Origin: Candidatus Multivoradales bacterium
GTDB lineage: Bacteria; Acidobacteriota; Thermoanaerobaculia; Multivoradales; JAHEKO01
DNA length: 64,000 bases
NCBI GenBank assembly: GCA_965223855.1
Contig: CBDCXM010000003.1
Span: 32,001 to 96,000, forward strand
Reading direction: 5' to 3'
Of this stretch, positions 1-8,396 are shown in pieces. The notes under the pieces were generated by a model, which made no database searches, was not told the origin of the DNA, and was given only the letters and a program-made list of their open reading frames with translations. The position numbers and the translations under genes were made by a program. Numbering within the stretch: position 1 is the first letter of the stretch; every line of letters starts with the position of its first letter.

Positions 1-727
1 TCGTATGTGCTGCGTCCTCGAGGAACGCGACCAGCGGGCCGATCTCCTCGTTGGTCAGGCTGCGCGAGGCGTAGACCGGGCGCATGATCTCCGTCGCCGG
101 GGCCAGCAGCCACGACGCGAGGTTCTTGCGACCCTGAAGTCGCTCGTAGACCCTGGTCAGGTCCGGCCCGAGCCGGCCTCCACCCAGGCCGGAGAGCCCT
201 CCGACCGTGTGGCAGGAGAGGCAGGAGGGGCCGCCGTTGGTGAGCCGCGCCTCGCCGGAGAACAGCGCCATCCCGCGCTCGATGTCGGCTCGCGTGAACG
301 GCTCGTCACCGATATCGAGGCCGGCGAACTGCGACTCGTCCTGCAGCGACTCCGCCGCGATCAGGTCGAGCAGCGCTTCCGCCTGCTTGCGGGTGAGGCC
401 CGCCGAACGCGGCATGATCACGCCACCCGCCTCGTCCTTGATCTGGAGAGCGTAGGCGTCGCCGCGATCGAAGAACGCCTGCGGGTCGAGCACGAAGCCG
501 ACCAGCCATTCGCGATCCTTGCGATCGTCGACGTTCTTGAGATCGGGGCCCACGAGCCGTCCGCCACCGACGGTGTGGCAGCTCACGCAGCTCTGGCGGA
601 AGATCTCCGCGGCCTCCTGCGACCAGAGCGCACCCGTCGACAGCTGGCCCCCGGCCGTGAGGAAGACTGCGACGGCGAGCAGAGGATGTCGAGGTAACGA
701 GAAGGTCCGAAGCGCAAGATCTAGCAA
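1..727 (-). CDS. Di-heme c-type cytochrome (NarC-like), 3' end runs off the window
   Basis: Absent from the ORF track because there is no stop in the window. Manual minus-strand translation: signal-like LLAVAVFLTAGG, then SCVSCHTVGGGRLVGPDL and SCLSCHTVGGLSGLGGGRLGPDL (two CxxCH motifs). Probable TTG start at 727 overlapping the narK stop; start uncertain. Confidence 0.85.
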   Translation of the reverse strand, partial: MLDLALRTFSLPRHPLLAVAVFLTAGGQLSTGALWSQEAAEIFRQSCVSCHTVGGGRLVGPDLKNVDDRKDREWLVGFVLDPQAFFDRGDAYALQIKDEAGGVIMPRSAGLTRKQAEALLDLIAAESLQDESQFAGLDIGDEPFTRADIERGMALFSGEARLTNGGPSCLSCHTVGGLSGLGGGRLGPDLTRVYERLQGRKNLASWLLAPATEIMRPVYASRSLTNEEIGPLVAFLEDAAHT

Positions 728-2286
728 GGCACCTCCGCGCCCTTCCGGGCGTAGTACCACCAGTTGACGACGAGGCAGATGGCGTAGAAAGCGGCGAACC
801 CCCAGAGTGCGTTCTGCGGCGTTCCGGCGCGGATCTGCTCGCCGAAGATCCTCGGGATCAGGAACGCTCCGTAGGCGGCCACGGCGGAAGTCCAGCCCAG
901 CACGGGCCCGGCCTGCTCCTTGTCGAACATCACCCCCATCGATCGGAACGTCGAACCGTTGCCGACGCCCGTGGCAGCGAAGAGCAGCAGGAAAAGGGCG
1001 AGGAACGGCACGAAAAACTGCTCGGGAGTCTCTGAGCGGTACGCGAGGTTCATGAAATAGGCGACCGCCAGCGCCGAGCCGATCATCACCAGGGTGACCA
1101 TCTGGGTGACCTTGGCGCCGCCGATCTCGCGATCCGAGATCCAACCGCCGATCGGCCGGATCAACGAGCCGACCAACGGGCCGAGCCAGGCGAAGGTGAA
1201 GGGGTTCGGAGCGTTGGGGTTGACCCCGAGCTCGGCGCCGGTCGGGTCGTGCACGAAGCCGAAGATCACCTTGATCGAGAGCGGGAAGGCGGCCGAGAAG
1301 CCGATGAACGACCCGAACGTCATGGTGTAGATGAGGGTCATCCACCAGGTGTGTTTGTTGCGGAAGATCGAGAACTGTCGGGCGAGGGGTTCGCGCACGT
1401 CGCCCGGGACCATCTTCATGAGCAAGAGCGTGGAGGCGATCACGAGGGGGAGGACGAGCCACTTCGAAACGCCGACGACCAGCATCGCCCAGAGCCCGAC
1501 GGCGGCAGCCGCGAGACCGACCCCCAGGAGGGTGAAGACGCGCAGGAAGGCCACCAGCGAGGACCTGACTCCGGGCGAGACCCACTCCGTGGTGATGTTG
1601 TTCATGCCGAAGAAGGTGGCGAAGCCGAGCACGATGAGAACCGGGATCCAGACGAGGCCGGCGTTCTGGACGTAGCTGACGGTCCCTGACTCCTGCGGTA
1701 GTGGGTGCCCGGCACCGCCAAGGCTTCCGAAGAGAGCGAAGGTCATGACCAGCGGCAGCAGGAACTGCATGACGCTCACGCCGAGATTCCCGAGCCCGGC
1801 GTTGATGCCGAGGGCCGTACCCTGCATACGCTTGGGGAAGAAGAAGCTGACGTTCGACATCGAGGAGGCGAAGTTCCCGCCCCCGAGACCGGAGAGCGCG
1901 GCCAGGCCCCAGAAGACCCAGAGAGGCGTGTCCGGGTTCTGAAGGGCGATGCCGGCCCCGATCGCAGGCACCAGGAGCAAGCTGGTGGTCAAGAAGATCG
2001 TGTTGCGCCCGCCGGCGATCCGAATCAGGAACGAACTCGGAATCCGCAGGGTGGCACCGACGAATCCGGCGATCCCGGCGAGCGTGAAGAGCTCCTCCTT
2101 CGAGAAGGGGAAGCCGAGATTGAGCATCTCGGTCGTGATGATGCTCCAGTAGAGCCAGACGGCGAATCCACACAGCAGGCTCGGGACCGAGATCCACAGA
2201 TTGCGGCGGGCGACGCGTTGCCCGGTCTTCTCCCAGAACTCGGGATCTTCGATCTCCCACCGCTCCAGGTTGACCTCGGGTCTCAC
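721..2286 (-). CDS. narK: NarK-family nitrate/nitrite MFS transporter
   Basis: W..EDPEFW...RRNLWIS N-terminus, nitrate signature GLGGGNFASSMSN..FFFPK, GNLGVS, GNGSTFR; many TM helices. GTG at 2286 preferred over the ORF-track start at 2496. Confidence 0.93.
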   Translation of the reverse strand: MRPEVNLERWEIEDPEFWEKTGQRVARRNLWISVPSLLCGFAVWLYWSIITTEMLNLGFPFSKEELFTLAGIAGFVGATLRIPSSFLIRIAGGRNTIFLTTSLLLVPAIGAGIALQNPDTPLWVFWGLAALSGLGGGNFASSMSNVSFFFPKRMQGTALGINAGLGNLGVSVMQFLLPLVMTFALFGSLGGAGHPLPQESGTVSYVQNAGLVWIPVLIVLGFATFFGMNNITTEWVSPGVRSSLVAFLRVFTLLGVGLAAAAVGLWAMLVVGVSKWLVLPLVIASTLLLMKMVPGDVREPLARQFSIFRNKHTWWMTLIYTMTFGSFIGFSAAFPLSIKVIFGFVHDPTGAELGVNPNAPNPFTFAWLGPLVGSLIRPIGGWISDREIGGAKVTQMVTLVMIGSALAVAYFMNLAYRSETPEQFFVPFLALFLLLFAATGVGNGSTFRSMGVMFDKEQAGPVLGWTSAVAAYGAFLIPRIFGEQIRAGTPQNALWGFAAFYAICLVVNWWYYARKGAEVPC

Positions 2287-2510
2287 GTCCGATCGCCTTT
2301 CGGTTCGCGGCTCGGGTCGCCCCTGTTCGAGGCCTCCCCACCGCTGGTGACTGTGTGCCTCGCAAGGTAGCGGCTCGCCGGACGAGCGCCAAGCATCCCG
2401 GGGTGGGGCGGAGCCACCCCCAGAGAGGGGGGCGGAAACCCGACTGCGGAGGTGGCGCACGACGCTCTCTCGGATGCCAGCATGGGGGATTGACAAGGAG
2501 AGTTCCCGAC

Positions 2511-3209
2511 ATGCCCGAAGACGACAGACCCTCCCTCATTACCCCGGATTCGACGGTCGGCGCCCTCGCCGCCCGCTACCCGCAGAGCACGCGCGTGTTC
2601 TCGCGACACGGGCTCGACTTCTGCTGCAGCGGGGGCAAGCCGCTCCAGCAGGCCTGCGACGACGCCGGCGCGAATCTCGACACCGTCCTCGCCGAGCTCG
2701 CCTCAGCGATGGAGGCCCGACCCGACGAACACAACTGGTCCGGGGCTCCGCTGGCCGACATCATCGAGCACATCCTCGAACGGTTCCACGCACCGCTGCG
2801 GGAGGAGCTGCCGAGACTCAAGGGCATGGCTCGCAAGGTCGTGGAGGTGCACGGCGACAAGGACCCGCGGCTCGCTCGCATCCTCGAAACGTTCGTGGCA
2901 CTCGAGACCGAGCTGGGGGAGCACATGCTCAAGGAGGAGCGAATCCTCTTTCCTATGATCTTGCGGGGTGAGGGCGCGCTTGCCGGCGGCCCGGTCGCAG
3001 TGATGGAGGACGAGCACGAGTCGGCGGGAGCGGCCCTCAGACAGATGCGCGCCCTTACCTCCGATTTCGTCGCTCCGGAGGGCGCCTGCACGACATGGAA
3101 GGCGCTGTGGCACGGGCTCGAATCGCTGGAGTCGGACATGCACCAGCACATCCACCTCGAGAACAACATCCTGTTTCCGCGCGCACTCGGCAAGGCGGCC
3201 GCCGGCTAG
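2511..3209 (+). CDS. ric: Iron-sulfur cluster repair di-iron protein (Ric/YtfE/ScdA)
   Basis: DFCCSG ScdA-N motif; hemerythrin-like HMLKEERILFP, EHE, HQHIHLENNILFP; AAGGAG RBS at 2495-2500 before ATG 2511. Confidence 0.95.
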   Translation: MPEDDRPSLITPDSTVGALAARYPQSTRVFSRHGLDFCCSGGKPLQQACDDAGANLDTVLAELASAMEARPDEHNWSGAPLADIIEHILERFHAPLREELPRLKGMARKVVEVHGDKDPRLARILETFVALETELGEHMLKEERILFPMILRGEGALAGGPVAVMEDEHESAGAALRQMRALTSDFVAPEGACTTWKALWHGLESLESDMHQHIHLENNILFPRALGKAAAG

Positions 3210-3259
3210 AAGCGCTCGCGCCGTGGCCTGAGGCGACCGGTCCGCCAACGGTTACGCAA

Positions 3260-3835
3260 CTACGGGTACAGCTTCCGAGCGCTCCACCCTTCCTCTCGTA
3301 GCTCGTAGACCCGTCGATCGTGAAGGCGGAACTTTCCCGCCTCCCAGAACTCGAACCGCCAGGGAGCCACCCGAAAGCCTGACCAGTGCGGAGGCCTGGG
3401 GACCGGCTGCCCGGCGAAGCGGGTGCCGTCGCGCACCACTCTCGATAGAAGCGTAGAGCGATGCGGCAGAGGTTGACTCTGCTTCGACGCCCACGCCCCG
3501 ATCTGACTGCCACGATCGCGGGTGGCGAAGTAGCTGTCGGCCTCCTCGGGACTGACCGGACCGGCCTCTCCCTCGATGCTGACCTGGCGACCGAGTCGCC
3601 GCCAGAGGAAGTGGAGGCTGACGTTGGGATTGCGCTCGATCTGTCGCGCCTTGCGGCTGCCGAGGTTGGTGTAGAAGACAAGGCCCCGCCGATCGAGCGC
3701 TTTGAGCAGCACAGCTCGCGAGCTGGGCCGTCCCCGCTCGTCGACGCTGCACAGGACCATCGCGTTCGAGTCCTGCGTCTCGGTGGCGCCGACGGTCTCG
3801 AGAATCTCCGCGAGGAGCCTGAATGGGTCCTTCAA
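3260..3835 (-). CDS. pdxH: Pyridoxamine 5'-phosphate oxidase
   Basis: GRPSSRAVLLK, FYTNLGSRKA, RGSQIGAWAS.QS, EFW....RLHDR, C-terminal LYP; AAGGAG upstream of the TTG. Confidence 0.93.
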   Translation of the reverse strand: MKDPFRLLAEILETVGATETQDSNAMVLCSVDERGRPSSRAVLLKALDRRGLVFYTNLGSRKARQIERNPNVSLHFLWRRLGRQVSIEGEAGPVSPEEADSYFATRDRGSQIGAWASKQSQPLPHRSTLLSRVVRDGTRFAGQPVPRPPHWSGFRVAPWRFEFWEAGKFRLHDRRVYELREEGWSARKLYP

Positions 3836-3869
3836 CCCGCTCTACTCCTTGCTGAAGGGCAACTTCGCC

Positions 3870-5210
3870 TCACTCGACCCCGGGCCGACCGTGGCCGACC
3901 ACGGCCGCCTGCTCGTCAGAGACCCAGCGAACCGCTCTCGAGCAGGGGCACACCCCTCCGACGCGACGCAGGTTCGGCGTCTGGCGGGCGGCCTCGCCCG
4001 CCGTGAGCTCTCCCGCCACGACCTGCCGCAGCAGCTCGACGTACCCCTTGAAGTCCCTACCCGCGCTGTAGGTCTGCGGGAGGTGACCCTTGAGGTGCCG
4101 GGCGTAGTCGTCCACGTCGTCGAAACTCTCGCCCTGGTGGCCGACCATCGTGAAGGCAGGAACGCCGCGGCGCCGGAAGAACCGCATCGCCGGCATCTGT
4201 AGGAGGTCCTCGGGCTGGACCCCATCGACCGTCTCGCCATCCTCGACCAGCCGCGCGTGGGCCTCGGTCGCCTCGGCGTGGGACAGCTCCGGCAGCCGCG
4301 CACGGAGGTAGCGCATGTTGAGATCGGTGACGAGGCGCGAGACCTCGTCGTAGTACTGCTGCTGCGCCTCGGCGTTGGCCATCGGCTTGAAGCCGTAGCG
4401 CACGTTGGTGGCGCCTCCCTTCTCGTGGCCGAACATCTCGAGGCCTCTGGGGATCCACTTGTTGAGGGTGCGCTGGATCAGGTCCATGGTGACGTAGACC
4501 GAGTCCTTGGCCGCCTGCTCGACCCAGCGGCGTAGCGGCAGCACGCCGGCCGCCAGATGGAACGCCTCCTCGCGGAGCATCTCCGGCATGCTCTCGCCCA
4601 TCGGTGCGTACGCGCTGACCTTCTGCATCGACAGCTGGTACTTGCCGACCCGGTCGATCAGGGCGCAGAAGACGATGTTGTCGACGAACGAGTCGAAGTC
4701 GACGTTGAAGGCTCCCAGCACGTGGGAGCCGGTGCGCATTTCGAGCACCTCTTCGATCATCTCGGCGCTCGAGTCGCTCGACGCGATCGACCAGTCTTCC
4801 TCCGCCAGCAGGTGAAGCATCTGGTAGCCGTGGCGTAGCTCCTCGGCCATCATCCGGAGGATCCAGAACTGGTCCTGCTCGTCCTGGGCGCGGCTCAGGG
4901 TGAGCTGATGCTGCTGGATCGAGCCGAACTCGGTCGACGCCTGGGCACGAATGGCGCCGAGGACCTGGCGCGCCTGATCGGGCTCCATCTCGTCGGGGCG
5001 CACGTACTTGTTCTTCCCCTCGTTCTCGCCGCACTCGATGACGCCGCACATGCCGCACTCGCGGTAGGCGCACAGCTTGAACTTGCGGTCGCGCGGGAAG
5101 AAGCGGCTCCACTGCTCGAGGAGCAGCTCGTAGTCGGGGAGGAAGAGGTCGCGCCACTTCTCCACCGCCTGGTGGTACCTATCCGGCAGCAGGACTTCTC
5201 GAAGGCTCAT
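3870..5210 (-). CDS. BoxB/PaaA-like ferritin-fold di-iron aryl-CoA epoxidase homologue
   Basis: Motifs STE, EELRH, IDRVGKYQL and EEAFH match the di-iron ligand spacing of benzoyl-CoA epoxidase BoxB (DTE, EEGRH, TDRDG, EEAHH). Extra Cys residues at both ends. Confidence 0.75.
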   Translation of the reverse strand: MSLREVLLPDRYHQAVEKWRDLFLPDYELLLEQWSRFFPRDRKFKLCAYRECGMCGVIECGENEGKNKYVRPDEMEPDQARQVLGAIRAQASTEFGSIQQHQLTLSRAQDEQDQFWILRMMAEELRHGYQMLHLLAEEDWSIASSDSSAEMIEEVLEMRTGSHVLGAFNVDFDSFVDNIVFCALIDRVGKYQLSMQKVSAYAPMGESMPEMLREEAFHLAAGVLPLRRWVEQAAKDSVYVTMDLIQRTLNKWIPRGLEMFGHEKGGATNVRYGFKPMANAEAQQQYYDEVSRLVTDLNMRYLRARLPELSHAEATEAHARLVEDGETVDGVQPEDLLQMPAMRFFRRRGVPAFTMVGHQGESFDDVDDYARHLKGHLPQTYSAGRDFKGYVELLRQVVAGELTAGEAARQTPNLRRVGGVCPCSRAVRWVSDEQAAVVGHGRPGVE

Positions 5211-5674
5211 GCTTCGCCCTCCTCCACCGCCGGCAGGTCCATGACCAGCGAGACAAGGTTGCCGGTACGGAAGCCGGTCGCCTCGAAGAAGCCGAGGAGG
5301 CCTTTGGCGTCTTCCTCGACGAGGGTTCGTACTCGGGTGGCCCCCAACTCGCGGAACCTCCGGAACAGGCTGTCGGCCAGTCGCTGCGCGATCGAGCGGT
5401 TGCGGAGGTCGGGATCGACACCCAGCACTTCGACCCAGCCGGTCGGCTCCTCGAGGCCGAACTCGCCGGCGCGAACCTCGCCGAAGGCGAAGCCGACGAT
5501 CCGGCCGTCCGCCTCGGCGACGAACGACCCCTCCGGGTCGCGGCGCAGGTAGTACATGATCCGCGATTCCCAGACGTCTGGCTGGTACTCGCCTCGCATC
5601 TTCTCGTCGAGCACGGTGATGCCCTCGACCGAAAGTTCGTCGATCGGTCGGATCGACACTTCAACATCGCTCAT
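5207..5674 (-). CDS. GNAT family N-acetyltransferase
   Basis: SFVAEADGRIVGF, VLGVDPDLRNRSIA (acetyl-CoA motif A), FFEATGF; stop overlaps the next start (ATGA). Confidence 0.88.
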   Translation of the reverse strand: MSDVEVSIRPIDELSVEGITVLDEKMRGEYQPDVWESRIMYYLRRDPEGSFVAEADGRIVGFAFGEVRAGEFGLEEPTGWVEVLGVDPDLRNRSIAQRLADSLFRRFRELGATRVRTLVEEDAKGLLGFFEATGFRTGNLVSLVMDLPAVEEGEA

Positions 5675-5971
5675 CTGGAACCCCTTCCGCTCCGTCACCG
5701 GCGTTGTCCGGGTCGATCCCGTCCACGCAGCGACCGCAAGAACTCCTACTGTCGGGTTGCGAGATCGACCTTCCGCAATCTAGCGCCCGAAGCCGACGAG
5801 CGAACCCTCAGAAAGGGTAGAGGCGTGCCGCCTGCCCGGGTGGGCTGCCCGGTTGACCGTCCGAGTGGTTGTTCGCACGCCTCAACGCACCCGCCGTCTC
5901 CGGCGGTTCGGCTCGGGCACAAGACATTCCGCACGACATCGGAATCGCGGCATGGGAGGATCCGTCTCGCT

Positions 5972-6946
5972 ATGAGGCGAGTGTTGCGACATCCGAGGTC
6001 CGGAGCCTGTCTCTGCCTCTTGCTCCTGTTCTCTTCGTCGGTTCGCGCCGAGCGACGGTCGATGGTGCTGACCTTCGACGACCTCCCGGCGCAGCGCGCA
6101 GCGTTGCTTCCCGAGGGGCGGATCCTCGAGATCAACGAGCGGTTGGTCGCGCTCCTCGTCGAGGAGGAGGTACCCGCCGCCGGCTTCGTCAACGAGGACA
6201 AGCTGGAGATCGACGGGGAGGTGGCTCGAGGGCGGGTGGCGTTGCTCGAGAGCTGGCTCGAGGCCGGCCTCGAGCTCGGCAACCACTCGTACAGCCACCC
6301 CGATCTGCACCGGATGGAGCTCGCCCGGTTCCTCGAGGACGTCGAGCGGGGCGAGCGGCTCACGCGGGAGCTGCTCGGTGCCAGGGGAATGGAGCTGCGC
6401 TATTTCCGACACCCCTTCCTGCACACCGGCCTCGACCTCGAGACGAAGCGCCAGGTCGAGGCGTTCCTGGCCGAGCGCAACGTCCGCGTCGCTCCGGTGA
6501 CGATCGACAACTCCGAGTGGATCTTCGCCCGCGCCTTCGACGAGGCGCTCGACCGGGAGGATCGGGAGCTCGAGCAACGGCTCGGCGCAGCCTACGTCGA
6601 CTATATGGTGGCGATGACCGCCTACTACGAGGGGCAGAGCCGAGCGCTCTTCGACCGCGAAATCCCCCAGGTGATGCTCCTCCACGCCAACGCCCTCAAC
6701 GCGCACTTCCTGGGGGAGCTGGTCGCCCGCTTGCGGGAACGCGGGTACCGCTTCGTCGGCCTCGACACCGCGCTCGCCGACCCGGCGTTCGAGAGCCGCG
6801 ACGAGTACACCGGCAGCGGCGGCATCACCTGGCTCCACCGGTGGGCGATCACGCGCGGGGTCGATCGCTCGATGTTCGCCGGCGAGCCCGTGACACCGGA
6901 CTGGGTGGAGGAGATCGCGGGGCTGAGAGAATCGGCGAGGAACTGA
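5972..6946 (+). CDS. Secreted polysaccharide deacetylase (CE4/NodB-like)
   Basis: Signal peptide, TFDDLP, GNHSYSHPD, YFRHPFL, LLH motifs; GGAGG upstream; start approximate. Confidence 0.9.
   Translation: MRRVLRHPRSGACLCLLLLFSSSVRAERRSMVLTFDDLPAQRAALLPEGRILEINERLVALLVEEEVPAAGFVNEDKLEIDGEVARGRVALLESWLEAGLELGNHSYSHPDLHRMELARFLEDVERGERLTRELLGARGMELRYFRHPFLHTGLDLETKRQVEAFLAERNVRVAPVTIDNSEWIFARAFDEALDREDRELEQRLGAAYVDYMVAMTAYYEGQSRALFDREIPQVMLLHANALNAHFLGELVARLRERGYRFVGLDTALADPAFESRDEYTGSGGITWLHRWAITRGVDRSMFAGEPVTPDWVEEIAGLRESARN
6367..6795 (+). repeat. 429-bp direct repeat, copy 1 (inside the deacetylase gene)
   Basis: Reads identical to 10488-10916 (offset 4121 bp). Confidence 0.95.
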
Positions 6947-6962
6947 AGCGACGCCCCGGAGA

Positions 6963-8396
6963 ATGCTCCTGCGCTATGCGACCGTGGCCGCCGCCACCCT
7001 GCTCGTCCTCGCCTGTCAGCGGGCTGCTCCCGTGCAGCCCGACCTGCTCCTGATCACAGTCGACACGCTCCGGGCGGACCACCTGGGCTGCTACGGCTAT
7101 CCGAGACCGACGACTCCGGAGATCGACCGATGGGCGTCCACGGGAGTGCTCTTCGAGCGAGCCATCGCGAGCTCTTCGACGACCGCCCCTTCACACGCCA
7201 GCCTGCTCACCGGCCTCTACCCGCTGCAGCACGGCATTCGCAAGAATGGCGTCGGGCCGCTGCGCGGCACAATCCCGACCGCCGCCGAACTGCTCGCCGA
7301 GGCGGGGTACAGGACGGCCGCGTTCACGAGCATCCGCGGTCCGTTCGTCGCCGCCGGCCTCGATCGTGGTTTCGAGACGTTCGACGCGCCGCCGTCGGGA
7401 GAGTTCGACGCAGTGGAGACTACGGGCCGGGCTGCGGCGTGGGTCGAGGCCCGGCGGGCGAGCGGGCCGCCCGTCCCCGAGCCGATCTTCCTGTGGGTCC
7501 ATCTCTTCGACCCTCACTCACCCTACGAGCAGCACCCGGCTGGCGCGAGACTCCGGGCCGAACCGCCCAGGCTCGACTTTCTCATCCGCGAGCGCGGCAT
7601 CTCGCTCGCTCCGTTCGGTGGCAGCGAGGAGGCGCTCCTGCGGCTGGTCGACGCCTACGACCACGAGATCGCCCACGTCGACCGCGCGCTCGGAGGGTTT
7701 CTCGAAAGCTGGCAGCGACACCCGTCCGGGCGCGAAGCGATCACGATCCTCACCGCCGACCACGGAGAGGGACTGGGAAGCCACGGCTACCTGCTTCACG
7801 GCAAGCACATCTACAACGAGCAAGTGCGGGTCCCGCTGATCGTGCATTCCTCGGCGGGCCGCTGGCCCGGCAGGAGGATCGGCGAAACCGTCCGGCATGT
7901 GGACCTCTTCGCGACTCTCCTCGAGCTCGCTGGAACGCGGACCGTCGCAGGGCCGGGGCACTCGCTGCTCTCATTGCTCGAGACCGGTAGCGACGAGGGC
8001 GATCCTCGATGGGCGTTCAGCGAACGACGGGAGTTCGCCGCCGCTCCAGCGGTAACCGGCTCTCCCGACCCGGACCGCGGCGACCACGGAGACGACCCTC
8101 TCGACCGTCTGATCCGGGCAGCGGTCGCGGAGAACTTCGAGTCTGGAGACACCTTCAGCCTGCAGGGCGATCGCTTCAAGTACGTCCTCAGGACAGAGCA
8201 TCCCGACGAGTTCTACGACCTCCTCGAAGATCCGATCGAAGCGCGCAATCGGATCGGTGAAGGGCTGGCGGCCGAGAGTCGCCTCCGACGGGAGCTGGAC
8301 GCCATCCTCCGGGAGCTGACCTCCAGCTCACCCGGTCCCCTCGACTTCGACGACTCCGTGCGCGCCGAGCTCGAGGCGTTGGGCTACCTGCCGTGA
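6963..8396 (+). CDS. Sulfatase-like (alkaline-phosphatase superfamily) lipoprotein
   Basis: Lipobox LVLA-C; LITVDTLRADH, TAPSHASLLTG, WVHLFDPH, TADHGE; C-terminal LEALGYL. Confidence 0.88.
   Translation: MLLRYATVAAATLLVLACQRAAPVQPDLLLITVDTLRADHLGCYGYPRPTTPEIDRWASTGVLFERAIASSSTTAPSHASLLTGLYPLQHGIRKNGVGPLRGTIPTAAELLAEAGYRTAAFTSIRGPFVAAGLDRGFETFDAPPSGEFDAVETTGRAAAWVEARRASGPPVPEPIFLWVHLFDPHSPYEQHPAGARLRAEPPRLDFLIRERGISLAPFGGSEEALLRLVDAYDHEIAHVDRALGGFLESWQRHPSGREAITILTADHGEGLGSHGYLLHGKHIYNEQVRVPLIVHSSAGRWPGRRIGETVRHVDLFATLLELAGTRTVAGPGHSLLSLLETGSDEGDPRWAFSERREFAAAPAVTGSPDPDRGDHGDDPLDRLIRAAVAENFESGDTFSLQGDRFKYVLRTEHPDEFYDLLEDPIEARNRIGEGLAAESRLRRELDAILRELTSSSPGPLDFDDSVRAELEALGYLP

Noticed and set aside
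5-697. 230-aa plus-strand ORF
   Set aside because: Antisense shadow of the di-heme cytochrome on the minus strand; no motifs.
2287-2510. FNR/NsrR box between narK and ric
   Set aside because: Biologically expected, but no convincing TTGAT-N4-ATCAA or NsrR palindrome could be read.
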